A DNA stretch of 64,000 nucleotides from Actinomycetales bacterium (GCA_018970025.1 JAGWXF010000004.1:63485-127484); one strand, 5' to 3'. Numbered from the stretch's first letter, positions 1 to 12,222 are shown. The notes: a model not told the origin generated them from the letters alone. Program-made: numbers and translations.

Positions 1-411
1 GGCATCGAGGAACAGCACGGTCGGCGTGCGGCGCACGCCCAGTCGGCGGACGAGGTCCAGGTGGGCCTCCGCGTCGATCTCCACGTGGACGGTGCCCTCG
101 ACCATGGTCGACACCTCGTCGAGGATCCGTCGTGTCGCCCGGCACGGCTGGCAGAAGGCGGTCGAGAACTGCACCAGGGTGGCCCGCTCGCCGAGTCGCG
201 CGCCCAGGGCAGCCTCGGTCAGCACCTCGCCCCCGTGCTCGGCCATCGTGGCAAGGTGAATGTCAGCCGGCTCAGCCGACTCCTCGACACCCGCGGCCCG
301 ACGCGATGCCTGCGCCTGCTCGCGAATGCGGCCATCGCTCCGGCGACGCCAGAGCCCGAAGGCCGTCGCCAGGGCCAGCACGGCCACCAGCACCAGCACG
401 CCGGTCGTCAC
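1..411 (-). CDS. Thioredoxin-family protein with N-terminal membrane anchor (ThiX-like), runs off the window start
   Basis: Not in the ORF track; translated manually. GTG at 411 overlaps the upstream stop (GTGA). Reads VTTGVLVLVAVLALATAFGLW...ATLVQFSTAFCQPCRATRRIL...HVEIDAEAHLDLVRRLGVRRTPTVLFLDA, with a CxxC motif and the cis-Pro TP motif. Lies near glnR-mshD as in other actinobacteria. Confidence 0.85.
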   Translation of the reverse strand, partial: MTTGVLVLVAVLALATAFGLWRRRSDGRIREQAQASRRAAGVEESAEPADIHLATMAEHGGEVLTEAALGARLGERATLVQFSTAFCQPCRATRRILDEVSTMVEGTVHVEIDAEAHLDLVRRLGVRRTPTVLFLDA

Positions 412-1223
412 TGGGTCAGCCACCCCTGGCCGGGCGCGGGTCGGTCGCCGGCACACCAGGTCGCAATGGCGTCGATGACGTCCTCCCCGATCGCTGCCTC
501 GGCGTGCCCGAAGCCGGGAACGATCCACATCGTCGCATCCGGATGCCCGGACTGCCTCGCTGCCCGGACCAGGGCGCGGGGGTGCTCCAGCGGGAAGTAG
601 TGGTCAGCGGTGCCGTGGACGATCAGCAGCGGGGTGTCGCCGAGGTGCGCTGCGGCCTGGATGGGCTGCAGCGGCGGCGGGGTGGGCCAGCCCTTCGAGC
701 TGATCCGAGTCCCTCTCAGGCGCAGGACGGCGCGGCCATGCGGGGTGAGCACCAGGTGATGCACCAGGCGCATGACCCGGGTGCCCCGGTAGTACCAGGT
801 GGCCGGCCCGCTGACGCAGACGACGGCATCGACGGCCTCGGCGCCGACCGCTGCCTGGCGCACCACGACCGAGGCACCCATCGAGAAGCCAACCGTCACG
901 ACCCGGCGATAGCCGAGCGCGCGAGCCCACGCGACCGCTGCATCGACGTCCCGCACCTCGGCATCGCCGACCGTGGATGCACCGCCCGAGGCCCCATGAC
1001 CGCGCATGTCGATCGCCACCACGGCACCCTGGCCCCGGAGGCGGTCGATCACCCGCCGCACCCTGGGCTGGCGCCAGTGGCCGGTGAAGCCATGCACGAC
1101 GACCAGGCACAGCCCATCGCGACGGGCATCCGGATAGTGGACCGCGCTGATGGCGATGCCGTCGGCGGTCATCAGGGTCGCCCGCTGGGCGCCCCGCTCA
1201 CCCGTACCCGCCTGACCGCCCAC
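408..1223 (-). CDS. Alpha/beta hydrolase
   Basis: VVHGFTG oxyanion motif, DMRGHGAS, GFSMGA nucleophile elbow, HGTADHYF, GFGHAE. Confidence 0.85.
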   Translation of the reverse strand: MGGQAGTGERGAQRATLMTADGIAISAVHYPDARRDGLCLVVVHGFTGHWRQPRVRRVIDRLRGQGAVVAIDMRGHGASGGASTVGDAEVRDVDAAVAWARALGYRRVVTVGFSMGASVVVRQAAVGAEAVDAVVCVSGPATWYYRGTRVMRLVHHLVLTPHGRAVLRLRGTRISSKGWPTPPPLQPIQAAAHLGDTPLLIVHGTADHYFPLEHPRALVRAARQSGHPDATMWIVPGFGHAEAAIGEDVIDAIATWCAGDRPAPGQGWLTQ

Positions 1224-1320
1224 AGCGGCATTCTCCCTGATCCGCCAACCCGACTAGGCTGCAGCGGACGGTCTGCACCGGCCAAGGGGCACGCCGGCAA
1301 CGGCCCAGGGAGGTGACGCC

Positions 1321-2076
1321 ATGCGCATCCTGCTGCTGACCCGTGCCATGGAGCCCTCCGCAGAGGTCCTGCCAGCACTCGGCCTGCTGGCCCACAGCGT
1401 GCGCTCGGCGGCCGCCGAGCCGGCCGCCCTGCTCGACGCCCCGGCATGCGACGTCCTCCTCGTCGATGGCCGCCGCGACCTGCCGGCCGTGCGCGGGCTC
1501 ACCCGGCTCATCCGCCAGACCGGAGTCGACGTCCCCGTTGTCCTGGTGACGACCGAGGGCGGGCTGGCCGCCATCCAATGGGACTGGGGCATCGACGACG
1601 TCCTGCTCACCTCGGCTTCTCCGGCAGAGGTCGAGGCCCGGCTGCGCCTTGCGGTCTCGCGGGCCCAGGAGTCCGCCGGCCCCCTGGCCACCGAGCCCGA
1701 GGAGATTCGCAGCGGCGAGCTGATGATCGACGAGGGCGCCTACGTCGCCAAGCTGCGCGGGCGCACCCTGGACCTCACCTTCAAGGAGTTCGAGCTGCTG
1801 AAGTTCCTCGCCCAGCATCCCGGGCGGGTCTTCACCCGCGCCGTCCTGCTGCAGGAGGTTTGGGGGTACGACTTCTTCGGCGGCACGCGCACCGTCGACG
1901 TCCACGTCCGCCGGCTGCGTGCCAAGCTCGGGGCCGAGCACGAGGCCCTGATCGGGACGGTCCGCAATGTGGGGTACCGCTTCGTCCCGCAGCGACCCGA
2001 CGACCAGACTCGCGCCACCCTCGGCGACGCCGCCTACGCCGACCTCGACCTGACCTCGCCCGAGCACCGGCGATGA
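1321..2076 (+). CDS. glnR: OmpR-family nitrogen regulator GlnR
   Basis: Atypical receiver [11 protein letters not shown]...VDGRRDLP...[16 protein letters not shown] plus winged helix [22 protein letters not shown]...[22 protein letters not shown]; directly upstream of mshD; GGAGG RBS. Confidence 0.88.
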   Translation: MRILLLTRAMEPSAEVLPALGLLAHSVRSAAAEPAALLDAPACDVLLVDGRRDLPAVRGLTRLIRQTGVDVPVVLVTTEGGLAAIQWDWGIDDVLLTSASPAEVEARLRLAVSRAQESAGPLATEPEEIRSGELMIDEGAYVAKLRGRTLDLTFKEFELLKFLAQHPGRVFTRAVLLQEVWGYDFFGGTRTVDVHVRRLRAKLGAEHEALIGTVRNVGYRFVPQRPDDQTRATLGDAAYADLDLTSPEHRR

Positions 2077-2098
2077 GGTCTCCGATCGGGTCTGCGGC

Positions 2099-3112
2099 AT
2101 GAACCCCGGCTCAGGGCGGGTCCCGATCCAGTCAGCCCCGCAGCTGCAGCCCGATGAGGTGCGCGAGGTCATCGAGCTGGTCTGCCGAGTGGCCGATGCC
2201 GACGGCGTTCATCCGCTCTCCGAGCATGTCTGGCTGCACCTGCGCCATGGCGGTGACGACCGCGGCCGTCACCTGATCGCCCGCGACACCGCCGGTGCGC
2301 TCATCGGCTACGGCCACCTCGACCTGACCGACGAGGTCGCAGGTCCCAGCAGCGAGGTCGTGGTGGATCCCGGTCGACGGCGGCAAGGGGTCGGCACCAG
2401 CATGATCGAGGTCATGGCAGCGGCCACTGATGGCCGGCCGCTGCGGGTCTGGGCCCACGGCGAGCAGGCAGCAGCGGGGGAATGGGCACGGGCCCTGGGC
2501 TTTCGCCGGGCGCGTGCGCTGTGGCAGATGCGCCGAACCCTGCATGGGCCGCTGCCCCCCGTTGCGCTGCCCGATGGCGTACGGCTGCGCGCATTCCGGC
2601 CCGGGATCGACGACCAGACCTGGCTGGACCTCAATCAGCGTGCCTTCGCCGGCCATCCTGAGCAGGGCACCTGGACGCTGGCCGACCTGCACCGGCGGAT
2701 GGCCGAGCCCTGGTTCTCCGCAGCAGGATTCCTCATCGCCATCGCGGACGACCCCGCTCACGCTGGGTCCGGCGTGGCCGCTGGCACAGACGACGGCCGC
2801 ATGGTCGGCTTCCACTGGACGAAGGTGCACGGCTTGCTCGGGCCAGCCCATGGATCGGGCGAATCCCACGGGGCCGTCCACGCCCACGAGGCGATCGGGG
2901 AGGTCTATGTCGTCGGGGTCGACCCGGCATGGCAGGGCCGTGGCCTGGGCCGAGCCCTCACCATCGCCGGGCTGCATCACCTGCGTGCCCTGGGCCTGGC
3001 CGGGGCGATGCTCTACGTCGAGGCCAGCAACCAGGCGGCCATCGACCTGTACGCATCCCTGGGGTTCGCTCGCTGGGATGTCGACGTGCTTTACACCTCG
3101 TCGCCAGGCTGA
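2099..3112 (+). CDS. mshD: Mycothiol synthase (tandem GNAT)
   Basis: [62 protein letters not shown]. Confidence 0.93.
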   Translation: MNPGSGRVPIQSAPQLQPDEVREVIELVCRVADADGVHPLSEHVWLHLRHGGDDRGRHLIARDTAGALIGYGHLDLTDEVAGPSSEVVVDPGRRRQGVGTSMIEVMAAATDGRPLRVWAHGEQAAAGEWARALGFRRARALWQMRRTLHGPLPPVALPDGVRLRAFRPGIDDQTWLDLNQRAFAGHPEQGTWTLADLHRRMAEPWFSAAGFLIAIADDPAHAGSGVAAGTDDGRMVGFHWTKVHGLLGPAHGSGESHGAVHAHEAIGEVYVVGVDPAWQGRGLGRALTIAGLHHLRALGLAGAMLYVEASNQAAIDLYASLGFARWDVDVLYTSSPG

Positions 3113-3180
3113 CCCTCCTGCCACCTGGCCATTCAGCGACTCGACCCGGTGCGTTCACCTTCATATGGCAGCATCGCCGC

Positions 3181-5289
3181 ATGGATCCGGACCTGCCTGC
3201 CTCCGGGAGCACCTGGCCCGAGCCGTCCGCCAGCCCACTGCCGGAGCATCGGTTCCTGGATCGCGAGATCTCCTGGCTGGCGTTCAATCAGCGGGTCCTT
3301 GAGCTCGCCGAGGACACCAGCCTGCCGGTCCTCGAGCGGGCCAAGTTCCTGGCGATCTTCGCCAGCAATCTCGATGAGTTCTTCATGGTGCGGGTCGCCG
3401 GCCTGAAGCGGCGTATCGCGACCGGGATCGCCGTCCGGGCCGCGAGCGGCAAGACCCCCCGCGAGGTGCTCGAGGACATCTGGGAGCGCGCGCATGCCAC
3501 CCAGCGCGAGCACGCGCAGGTCTTCCATGGGGAGGTCCTGCCGGCGCTCTCGGATGTCGGCATCCGCCTGCTGCGGTACGAGCAGCTCGCCGAGCACGAG
3601 CGCCAGGCAATGGATGCGTTCTTCGACGCGCAGGTCTTCCCCGTCCTCACCCCGCTCGCGGTCGATCCATCGCATCCATTCCCGTACATCAGCGGCCTGT
3701 CCCTCAACCTCGCCGTGGTGGTGCGCAATCCCCACAACGGCACCGAGTTGTTCGCGCGCGTCAAGGTGCCGCCCTCGCTGCCGCGCTTCGTCGCACTCGG
3801 CGGGCAGCGGTTCGTCCCGCTGGAGGACGTCATCGCCGCGCACCTCACGCAGCTCTTCCCGGGCATGCAGGTGGTGCAGCACCACTCCTTCCGGGTGACG
3901 CGCAACGAGGACGTCGAGGTCGAGGAGGACGACGCGGAGAACCTGCTGCTCGCCCTGGAGCGGGAGCTGATGCGACGCCGCTTCGGCCCGCCGGTGCGCC
4001 TGGAGGTCGACCAGACCATCGATCCGCACGTCCTGGAGCTGCTCGTCAGCGAGCTCGACGTCAGCGAGCCGGAGGTCTTCCGGCTGCCGGCGCCGCTGGA
4101 TCTCACCGGGCTGTGGACCTTCGTCGGCCTGGACCGCGATGATCTCAAGCAGGCGAAGTTCGTCCCGAAGACCTCCCGTCAGCTGGCCGAGATCGAGACG
4201 GCCTCGGCCCCCGACGTGCTCGCCGCCATCCGGGAGCGCGACATCCTGCTGCACCACCCATACGACTCCTTCTCCACCAGCGTGCAGCTGTTCCTCGAGC
4301 AGGCCGCCAGCGACCCGAACGTGCTGGCCATCAAGCAGACCCTGTATCGCACCTCGGGCGACTCCCCGATCGTCGATGCGCTCATCACGGCGGCGCGCAA
4401 TGGCAAGCAGGTCCTGGCCCTGGTGGAGATCAAGGCCCGTTTCGACGAGCAGAACAACATCGACTGGGGACGCAAGCTCGAGGAGGCCGGGGTCCATGTC
4501 GTCTACGGGCTGGTCGGGCTCAAGACGCACAGCAAGCTCTCGATGGTCGTGCGCAACGACGGCGACCAGCTGCGTCGGTACTGCCACATCGGCACGGGCA
4601 ACTACCACCCCAAGACCGCCCGAACGTACGAGGACTTCGGCCTGCTCACCTGCAGCTCGGACGTCGGCGACGACATCTCGAACCTGTTCAACGTGCTCTC
4701 CGGGTACTCCCTGCACACCGAGTACGCGCGGCTCCTGGTGGCTCCCCACTCCGTCCGATCGGGCCTGATCGAGCGCATCGAGCGCGAGATCGAGCATCAC
4801 CGAAACGGCCGGCCGGCCGGCATCAGGTTCAAGAGCAATGCCATCGTTGACGAGCGCGTGATCGACGCGCTGTACCGGGCGTCCCGGCAGGGCGTGCCCG
4901 TCGACCTGTGGGTCCGGGGCATCTGCGCGCTCCGGCCGGCAGTGCCGGGACTCAGCGACAACATCCGCGTCATCAGCATCCTCGGGCGCTTCCTGGAGCA
5001 CTCCCGCGCCTACTGCTTCGACAACGGGGGCCAGCATGAGGTCTGGATCGGCTCGGCCGACATGATGCACCGCAACCTCGACCGCCGGGTCGAGGCACTC
5101 GTCCGCCTCGTCGATCCCGTTCAGGTCGCGGAGATCCACGAGCTCTTCGACCTGGCATTCGATCCAGCGACCTCCGTGTGGCAGCTGTCCAGCGACGGCA
5201 CCTGGCATCGGCGCATCGTCGACGCCGACGGTGAGCCGCTGCTGGACTACCAGGAGGCCCTGATCGCCACGTACCGCAGCCGCACGTGA
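3181..5289 (+). CDS. ppk1: Polyphosphate kinase 1
   Basis: [100 protein letters not shown]; start taken at ATG 3181. Confidence 0.96.
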   Translation: MDPDLPASGSTWPEPSASPLPEHRFLDREISWLAFNQRVLELAEDTSLPVLERAKFLAIFASNLDEFFMVRVAGLKRRIATGIAVRAASGKTPREVLEDIWERAHATQREHAQVFHGEVLPALSDVGIRLLRYEQLAEHERQAMDAFFDAQVFPVLTPLAVDPSHPFPYISGLSLNLAVVVRNPHNGTELFARVKVPPSLPRFVALGGQRFVPLEDVIAAHLTQLFPGMQVVQHHSFRVTRNEDVEVEEDDAENLLLALERELMRRRFGPPVRLEVDQTIDPHVLELLVSELDVSEPEVFRLPAPLDLTGLWTFVGLDRDDLKQAKFVPKTSRQLAEIETASAPDVLAAIRERDILLHHPYDSFSTSVQLFLEQAASDPNVLAIKQTLYRTSGDSPIVDALITAARNGKQVLALVEIKARFDEQNNIDWGRKLEEAGVHVVYGLVGLKTHSKLSMVVRNDGDQLRRYCHIGTGNYHPKTARTYEDFGLLTCSSDVGDDISNLFNVLSGYSLHTEYARLLVAPHSVRSGLIERIEREIEHHRNGRPAGIRFKSNAIVDERVIDALYRASRQGVPVDLWVRGICALRPAVPGLSDNIRVISILGRFLEHSRAYCFDNGGQHEVWIGSADMMHRNLDRRVEALVRLVDPVQVAEIHELFDLAFDPATSVWQLSSDGTWHRRIVDADGEPLLDYQEALIATYRSRT

Positions 5290-6833
5290 GCGGGCCGGCC
5301 ATGAGGGACCTCGCCGTCCACCGCGAGGTCGAGCGCAAGGTCCGCGTGAGCCCAGACTTCCCGGTTCCGGATCTGGTCGCCGCCGGTCTCGTGGTGCAGG
5401 CGCAGCCAGGGGTCACGCACCAGATGACCGCCGTCTACCACGACACCGAGGACCTGCGGCTGTTGCGCTGGCGCACGACCCTGCGGCGCCGTGAGGGCGG
5501 CTCCGACGAGGGATGGCACCTGAAGCTGCCCGTCCTGGGCGGCGAGGAGGCCGGCCGCGACGAGGTGCACATGCCCCTGTGGGCCGGCAGCACCGGGTTC
5601 GTGCCCGCCGAGCTGGCGGATATCGTCGCCCCCCTGGCCCGGGGCGAGCGGCTGATCCCCGTCGCGGAGGTGCACACGACCCGCCGGCCGGTCCGTCTCC
5701 TCGACGCAGACGGCCAGCCGATGGCCGAGCTGGTCGACGATCGCGTCATCGTCCGCTCCCGCGGCGGCAATACCCTCACGGAGTTCCGCGAGCTCGAGAT
5801 CGAGGCGCACGACGCCGATGATGACGCTGCCCTGGCCCTGATCGATGCCGTTGCCGCCCTGCTCGTCAGCCGTGGCGGCGAGGTCAGCACGATGAGCAAG
5901 GCGGCCAGCGCCCTCGGCCACCTGGCCGCGGCCCCGCCGGACATCGAGATCCCCGCCATGCCCGGCCGGAAGGATCTGGCCACCGGTGCCATCCGGGCAT
6001 CGATCGCAATCCATGCCCGTCACCTGGTGCTGGCGGATGTCGCAGTGCGACGGGGCCTGGACGACTCCGTCCATCAGCTGCGGGTCGCAGCCCGCCGCCT
6101 GCGCAGTGTCCTTCGCACCTTCGAGCCGCTCCTGGACGCCGACTGGGCACAGACCCTGGAGCAGGAACTGGGCTGGCTGGCTGCCGAGATGGGCGTCGTC
6201 CGCGACACTGAGGTGCTGATGGCGCGGCTCGACGCGCATGCAATGGCGCTCGGCAGCCTGGACGAGTCGGCGGCCCGGCAGGCAGTGGACCAGGCCCTGC
6301 AGCAGCGGCTCATCGGGGCACGCGGCAGTGCCCTGGCCGCCCTGCGCAGTGAGCGGCATGACCTGCTGCTGGATGATCTCGTGCAGGCGTCCCACTCCCC
6401 AGCCCTTGCCAGCGAGGCCTACCTGCCCTGTGAGATCGCCCTGCCCCGACTGGTCGGGCGAGCCTGGCGCCGGCTCGACAAGGCCGTCCGCCGGCTGGAG
6501 ATCCACGGCGACAGTGCCCAATGGCATGCGGCTCGGATCAAGGCCAAGCGGGCCCGATATGCCGCCGAGGCCGTGGCCCCGATCTTCGGCGAGCAGCTCG
6601 AGCGGCTCGCGCGCCGCCTGTCCTCCGTCACCGAGATCCTCGGCAGCCACCAGGACGCCACGGTGGCCCAGGACACCGTCCGTGACCTGGCCCTGCGCGC
6701 CGACCCGGCATCCGCATTCGCCCTCGGCCGCCTGTTCGAGATCGAGCGCGAGGCGGAGGTCGCCTGTCGCGAGGATTTCATCGACCTGTGGCCGGCCGTT
6801 CGCCGGGCCGCCAGGCACGTTGAGATCATCTGA
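5286..6833 (+). CDS. CYTH + CHAD domain protein (polyphosphate-associated)
   Basis: EVERK CYTH motif, [23 protein letters not shown]; CHAD motifs [13 protein letters not shown] and [22 protein letters not shown]; coupled to ppk1. Confidence 0.9.
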   Translation: MSGPAMRDLAVHREVERKVRVSPDFPVPDLVAAGLVVQAQPGVTHQMTAVYHDTEDLRLLRWRTTLRRREGGSDEGWHLKLPVLGGEEAGRDEVHMPLWAGSTGFVPAELADIVAPLARGERLIPVAEVHTTRRPVRLLDADGQPMAELVDDRVIVRSRGGNTLTEFRELEIEAHDADDDAALALIDAVAALLVSRGGEVSTMSKAASALGHLAAAPPDIEIPAMPGRKDLATGAIRASIAIHARHLVLADVAVRRGLDDSVHQLRVAARRLRSVLRTFEPLLDADWAQTLEQELGWLAAEMGVVRDTEVLMARLDAHAMALGSLDESAARQAVDQALQQRLIGARGSALAALRSERHDLLLDDLVQASHSPALASEAYLPCEIALPRLVGRAWRRLDKAVRRLEIHGDSAQWHAARIKAKRARYAAEAVAPIFGEQLERLARRLSSVTEILGSHQDATVAQDTVRDLALRADPASAFALGRLFEIEREAEVACREDFIDLWPAVRRAARHVEII

Positions 6834-6836
6834 GGG

Positions 6837-7772
6837 GTGACCATGGGGCAGTCGCCGGATCCGGGTGATGTCATCCGCGCAGCAGGGGTCGTCCTCCTGC
6901 GCCAAGCCTCCGCGGCAACCGAGGTACTCATCGTGCACTCGAAGGCTCGCGGGGACTGGTCGCTGCCGAAGGGCAAGCTCGAGCCCAGCGAGCATCCCGC
7001 AGTCGCGGCCGTGCGCGAGTGCGATGAGGAGACCGGGCTGCAGGTCATCCTCGGCCCCGCGCTACGCGATGTCTCCTATCCCGTCGACGGCCGGCCCAAG
7101 ATCGTCACGTACTGGTCGGCCGTGGTGCGAGAGGACCCGGGCTTCACCCCGGACGACGAGGTCGACGCGATCGACTGGGTCCCGGTCGAGCAGATGTCCC
7201 CCCGACTGCGGTTCGCGGGCGAGCACGCGGTGGTGCATCAGGCGATGACGGTGCCCCCGACCCTGCCCCTGGTGGTGCTTCGCCATGCCAGGGCCGTGAA
7301 GCGGGCCGACTTCAAGGGCTCCGTCGACGCCGAGCGGCCGCTGACCGGCATCGGACGCACCCAGGCCAAGGGGCTGGTGCCCCTGCTCGAGGCCTATGGG
7401 ATCGCCGAGGTCGTGTCATCGGATGCCGCCCGCTGCTTCCAGACCGTGCGAAAGTTCGCAAAGGCCGTCGACAAGGGCATCCAGCGAGAGCATGCGCTCA
7501 GCGAGGAAGGGCATGCGCAGGACCCCGGCCACACCGCCCACCAGGCCCGCCTCCTGGCACGCCGCCCGGCCCCGCTGCTGCTGTGCACGCACCGACCCGT
7601 CCTGCCGACCGTGCTGGGCACCATCGCCGATGCGCTCGGAGCGGATGCCTCCGACCCCGACTGGGATCCCCGCCTGCGCCCTGGCGGCTGCCTGGTCATC
7701 CATCGACGGGTCGGGCCGGATGGCAGCCTGGGCTTCCACTCGATCGAGCGGCACGAGCTCTTCACCGACTGA
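6837..7772 (+). CDS. NUDIX hydrolase fused to a histidine-phosphatase (SixA-like) domain, MutT1-like
   Basis: WSLPKGKLEPSEHPAVAAVRECDEETG Nudix box; LRHARA, SSDAARCFQT, CTHRPVL. Confidence 0.9.
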   Translation: MTMGQSPDPGDVIRAAGVVLLRQASAATEVLIVHSKARGDWSLPKGKLEPSEHPAVAAVRECDEETGLQVILGPALRDVSYPVDGRPKIVTYWSAVVREDPGFTPDDEVDAIDWVPVEQMSPRLRFAGEHAVVHQAMTVPPTLPLVVLRHARAVKRADFKGSVDAERPLTGIGRTQAKGLVPLLEAYGIAEVVSSDAARCFQTVRKFAKAVDKGIQREHALSEEGHAQDPGHTAHQARLLARRPAPLLLCTHRPVLPTVLGTIADALGADASDPDWDPRLRPGGCLVIHRRVGPDGSLGFHSIERHELFTD

Positions 7773-7865
7773 CCAGCCTGCGACCGGCCAGCCGCCGAAG
7801 TCCTGGTCGGCTACTGCCCGGTCAATGCGCGGCCATGCGACACCTGGCCTTCCTACCGTCGACGG

Positions 7866-8813
7866 GTGGCCCCGCGAATCCCCCAGCGCCGCCTGGCATT
7901 CGCCAGGCCCGAGGCAGCGCTGCTCCTCGCCGCCGTCGTTGCCGGCGGGTGCGGCACCCGCAGCTCGTACGTGACCATCGACGGCTCGTCCACCGTCTTC
8001 CCGCTCACCGCGATCGCCGCGGAGGACTTCCAGCTCGCCACCCCTGGGGTCCAGGTCCGCGTGGGGACGTCCGGCACGGGCGGGGGCTTCGGCCGGTTCT
8101 GCCGCGGCGAGACCGATGCCAACGATGCGTCCCGGCCGATCACCGATGACGAGGCGCGAGCCTGCGCCGAGCATGGCATCGACTACGCCCCGCTCACCGT
8201 GGCACTCGATGCGCTGACCGTCATCGTCAGCGCTGGCAACGACTGGGCCCGATGCCTGACCCTGGATCAGCTGCGCCGGATCTGGGAGCCGACGTCGGCG
8301 ATCACCACCTGGCAGCAGGTCGACCCGGCCTTCCCGGACGTTCCCCTTGACCTGTTCGGCCCTGGCACCGACTCGGGGGCCTTCGACTTCTTCACGTCGT
8401 CGGTCGTCGGCCAGGCGAGGGCCAGTCGGACGGACTACACGCCCAGCGAGGACGACAACGTCATCGTCCAGGCCGTCGCCAGCTCCCCGGGGGGCCTGGG
8501 CTACGTCGGCTACACGTACTTCGAGCAGAACGACCAGCGCCTTGCCGCCGTCGCCATCGATGCGGGCGAGGGCTGCGTGGCTCCCAGCGCGGCGACCGCG
8601 CAGGACGGTCGGTATCACCCGCTGACCCGTCCGCTGTATGTCTACGCCTCGGTGCCCGCGATGGCACGGCCGCAGGTTCGCGCCTTCCTGGGCTACCTCG
8701 TCGCGCATGACGCATCCATCGCGCGCGCGGCGCAGTTCATCCCGCTGAGTGCACGGCAGCGGGCCCGCCTGATCGCCGACTTCACCGCCCTGACGGACCG
8801 TGCCGCCACGTGA
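7866..8813 (+). CDS. pstS: Phosphate ABC transporter substrate-binding lipoprotein
   Basis: Lipobox AGGC; TIDGSSTVFP, SGTGGGFGRFCRGETD, SEDDNVIV, YHPLTRPLYVY. Confidence 0.92.
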   Translation: MAPRIPQRRLAFARPEAALLLAAVVAGGCGTRSSYVTIDGSSTVFPLTAIAAEDFQLATPGVQVRVGTSGTGGGFGRFCRGETDANDASRPITDDEARACAEHGIDYAPLTVALDALTVIVSAGNDWARCLTLDQLRRIWEPTSAITTWQQVDPAFPDVPLDLFGPGTDSGAFDFFTSSVVGQARASRTDYTPSEDDNVIVQAVASSPGGLGYVGYTYFEQNDQRLAAVAIDAGEGCVAPSAATAQDGRYHPLTRPLYVYASVPAMARPQVRAFLGYLVAHDASIARAAQFIPLSARQRARLIADFTALTDRAAT

Positions 8814-9712
8814 GCGACCTGCTGCGCGGCCGACCGCGCCATGCCGAGCGCGTCATCATGGGCGTGCTCGTCGCGGCAGCCTCGGTGTCGATCGCCACCA
8901 CCATCGGGATCATGGCCTCGCTCCTGGTCGGCACGATTGCGTTCCTGCGCGAGGTGCCCATCGTCGAGTTCCTGCTCGGAACCCAGTGGACGCCGCTGTT
9001 CGACGATGCCCAGTACGGCGTCCTGCCGCTGGTCAGCGGCACCCTGGTCATCACCGCCATCGCCGTCGCCGTCGCCATCCCGCTGGGGCTGGGCTCGGCG
9101 ATCTACCTCAGCGAGTACGCATCCGGCACGGTGCGCGGCATCCTCAAGCCCGTCCTGGAGGTCCTGGCGGGCATCCCGACGGTCGTCTTCGGCTTCTTCG
9201 CCCTGCAGTTCGTGACGACGACGCTCCTGCGCGCGGCCTTTCCGGGGATCGAGGTCTTCAACGCGCTCTCCGCCGGCCTGGTCATGGGCATCATGATCAT
9301 GCCGATGGTCGCCTCGCTCGGCGAGGACGCCATGTCGGCCGTGCCCAGCGGGCTGCGCGACGGCTCGTACGCCCTGGGCGCGAGCAGGCGGCAGACCGTC
9401 ATCCGGGTCGTGATCCCCGCCGCGATGTCCGGCATCGTCGCGGCCTTCGTGCTGGCCATCTCGCGGGCCATCGGCGAGACCATGATCGTGACCGTCGCAG
9501 CGGGCCTGCGGCCGCGCATGACCCTCAACCCGCTGGAGGGCATGCAGACGATGACGTCCTACATCGCGGCCGCGGGCTCCGGGGACCTGTCGACCGGGAG
9601 CGTTGCCTACCAGTCGATCTTCGCGGTCGGCTTCCTGCTCTTCGCGATGACCCTGCTGATGAATGTCGCCGGCATTCGGCTCGTGCGTCGCACCCGTCGA
9701 GCCCTCCCATGA
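8810..9712 (+). CDS. pstC: Phosphate ABC transporter permease PstC
   Basis: AIYLSEYA, EVLAGIPTVVFG, EAA loop, SRAIGETMIV. Confidence 0.93.
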   Translation: MSDLLRGRPRHAERVIMGVLVAAASVSIATTIGIMASLLVGTIAFLREVPIVEFLLGTQWTPLFDDAQYGVLPLVSGTLVITAIAVAVAIPLGLGSAIYLSEYASGTVRGILKPVLEVLAGIPTVVFGFFALQFVTTTLLRAAFPGIEVFNALSAGLVMGIMIMPMVASLGEDAMSAVPSGLRDGSYALGASRRQTVIRVVIPAAMSGIVAAFVLAISRAIGETMIVTVAAGLRPRMTLNPLEGMQTMTSYIAAAGSGDLSTGSVAYQSIFAVGFLLFAMTLLMNVAGIRLVRRTRRALP

Positions 9713-10587
9713 GCAGTCCGCTCGCCGGCCGTCGCACCCGGCGCCCGGGCTGGATCGCCGACCAGGTCTTCCGATGGGCGCTGCTCCTGGCACTTGGCAT
9801 CGGCGTGATCACCCTTGCCACCCTGCTGTGCACGGTCGTCGCCGCCGGCTGGCCTCGGCTGAACCCGGACCTGATCGCGCACATGCCCTCCATCCGGTTC
9901 CCGGAGCGCGCCGGCGCCCAGTCGGCCATCACCGGCACGCTGTGGGTGATCGGCTGCACCGCACTGGTCGCCCTGCCCACCGGCATCCTGGCCGCGCTCT
10001 ACCTCGAGGAGTTCGCCCGGCCGACCAGCCGCTTCCAGCGACTGGTCGACGTGAGCATCCAGAATCTCGCGGCGGTGCCGTCGATCGTCTACGGCATCCT
10101 GGGCCTGGCGGTGTTCGTCCGGGCACTGGCCCTGGGCCAGAGCATCGCGGCCGCCGCCCTGACCCTGGCCCTGCTCGTCCTGCCGATCATCATCATCACG
10201 ACACGAGAGGCGCTGCGCGCCGTCCCGCGCGGCATTCGCGAGGGATCCCTGGCCCTCGGCGCGACCGAATGGCAGACCGCCTACCGGCAGACCCTCCCGG
10301 CTGCGCTGCCGGGCATCGCCACCGGCGTCATCCTGGCGATCTCCCGGGCCGCAGGCGAGGCCGCTCCCCTGCTGCTCATCGGTGCGGTCGGGTTCATCGC
10401 ATTCAACCCTGATGGCCTGCTGTCGGGTTACACCACCCTGCCGATCCAGGTATACGACTGGACGAAGGACTCCCGCGCGGAGTTCTCGTCACTCGCGGCC
10501 GCCGCCATCGTCCTGCTGCTCATCCTGCTGCTCGCGCTCAACGTCACCGCGAGCTGGATCCGCAGCCGAGCACGCCGGCGATGGTGA
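9709..10587 (+). CDS. pstA: Phosphate ABC transporter permease PstA
   Basis: ATG 9709 overlaps the pstC stop; [45 protein letters not shown]. Confidence 0.93.
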   Translation: MSSPLAGRRTRRPGWIADQVFRWALLLALGIGVITLATLLCTVVAAGWPRLNPDLIAHMPSIRFPERAGAQSAITGTLWVIGCTALVALPTGILAALYLEEFARPTSRFQRLVDVSIQNLAAVPSIVYGILGLAVFVRALALGQSIAAAALTLALLVLPIIIITTREALRAVPRGIREGSLALGATEWQTAYRQTLPAALPGIATGVILAISRAAGEAAPLLLIGAVGFIAFNPDGLLSGYTTLPIQVYDWTKDSRAEFSSLAAAAIVLLLILLLALNVTASWIRSRARRRW

Positions 10588-11369
10588 GCATGCCCGAGCC
10601 GGTCTTCCTGCTGGACCGCCTGCGCGTCTGCTACGGCGACTACCAGGCCCTGCAGGATGTCTCGATGGCGATCGATGACCGACGGATCACCGCGTTCATC
10701 GGCCCGAGCGGGTGCGGGAAGTCGACACTGCTGCGCTCCTTCAACCGGATGAACGACCTGATCCCCGGCGCCCGGGTCGCCGGGAGCCTGACCTACCGCG
10801 GCACCGACATCTACGGCGCGGACGTCGACCCGATCGAGGTCCGGCGACGCATCGGCATGGTCTTCCAGAAGCCGAACGTGTTCGGGACATCCGTCTACGA
10901 CAACGTCACCTACGGGCCGCGCGTCAACCGGATGAAGGTCGACCTGGACGACCTGGTCGAGGAGTGCCTGGTGCGAGCGGCGCTCTGGGACGAGGTCAAG
11001 GACAACCTGCGGCGCAATGCCCTCGCGCTCTCCGGGGGTCAGCAGCAGCGCCTGGTCATCGCCCGCTGCATCGCCGTGCGACCCGATGTCATCCTGATGG
11101 ACGAGCCCTGTGCCTCGCTGGACCCGATCGCCACGACCCGGATCGAGGACCTGATGCGCACCCTCGCCGAGGACTACACGATCGTCATCGTCACGCACAA
11201 CATGCAGCAGGCGGCACGGGTGTCGGATCGCACGGCGTTCTTCACCGTCGAAGTCGACGATGCCGGGGTGCGACACGGGCGGCTGATTGAATACGGTGCG
11301 ACCAGGCAGATGTTCAGCGCACCGGCTGATCCCCGGACGGAGGACTACATCTCCGGCCGCTTCGGCTAG
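10581..11369 (+). CDS. pstB: Phosphate ABC transporter ATPase PstB
   Basis: [62 protein letters not shown]. Confidence 0.95.
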   Translation: MVSMPEPVFLLDRLRVCYGDYQALQDVSMAIDDRRITAFIGPSGCGKSTLLRSFNRMNDLIPGARVAGSLTYRGTDIYGADVDPIEVRRRIGMVFQKPNVFGTSVYDNVTYGPRVNRMKVDLDDLVEECLVRAALWDEVKDNLRRNALALSGGQQQRLVIARCIAVRPDVILMDEPCASLDPIATTRIEDLMRTLAEDYTIVIVTHNMQQAARVSDRTAFFTVEVDDAGVRHGRLIEYGATRQMFSAPADPRTEDYISGRFG

Positions 11370-11406
11370 GCAGGCGCACGGCCGGATCATCGAAAGGGCG
11401 GTGCAG

Positions 11407-12186
11407 ATGCGCGGCATCCGCGCTGCGGCGATCGGCCTGGCAGCTGTCGCCAGCATGGCCGGATGCGCCCAGGCCACCGCGCCGGCGCCAGCATCCCAGG
11501 CCAGTCAGCAGCCGCCTGCGCTACCGTCCCCGATCGCCAGCACGCCGAGCGCCACCCTGGAGCCATCTCCCTCGGCCAATCCGATCCAGTCGGCCCTCAC
11601 GGCGACGACTGCCCGGGGCACGGCCGCCATCTCCCTGGAGGTGCTCACCGCGGCGTCCGGCGTCGAGCGCACCCTGACCGGCGAGGGGATCGTCGACTTC
11701 CCCCGCGGAGCCTGGGATATCCGATGGTCCTCGCTGGACGGCGACTCGCGCGAGGTTCGCACCGAGGACGGGTTCTACGTCGAGGTGCAGCCGGATTCCT
11801 GGCTGGCCGTCGAACCGGGGCGGCCGACGCCCACCTCCGAGGCCGGGGATGTCCTGCGCGGGCTGTCGCAGCTCACCGACGCCGAGCCCGTCGGCGAGGA
11901 ATCGCTGCTGGGGACCAGCACGATCCGATACCGCGGAACCCTGCCAGCGGCCGATGACGGCAGCGGGCTCGGGCTGAATGACGATGAGCGTGCCCTACTC
12001 CGGGCGGAGCCCGGAGCGATGGAGGAGGTCACCGTCTGGATCGACTCGGCGGGTCGCATCGTCCAGGTCATGCGCACCCTGCGGGACGCCGGTCCCGTCG
12101 CCGCCACCAGCATCGTCCGACTGACAGCGTTCGGGATCGCTGCTCCGATCGACCCGCCGGCGAGCATCGCAGCGACTGCCGCGTAG
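11407..12186 (+). CDS. Lipoprotein, possibly LppX/LprAFG/LolA-like fold
   Basis: Lipobox MAGC, Pro/Ser linker, GEGIVDF, VGEESLLG..TIRYRG, VTVWIDSAGRI. Confidence 0.65.
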   Translation: MRGIRAAAIGLAAVASMAGCAQATAPAPASQASQQPPALPSPIASTPSATLEPSPSANPIQSALTATTARGTAAISLEVLTAASGVERTLTGEGIVDFPRGAWDIRWSSLDGDSREVRTEDGFYVEVQPDSWLAVEPGRPTPTSEAGDVLRGLSQLTDAEPVGEESLLGTSTIRYRGTLPAADDGSGLGLNDDERALLRAEPGAMEEVTVWIDSAGRIVQVMRTLRDAGPVAATSIVRLTAFGIAAPIDPPASIAATAA

Positions 12187-12222
12187 TCGACTACGGGATC
12201 ACCCGCGCGAAGGATCGATCGA

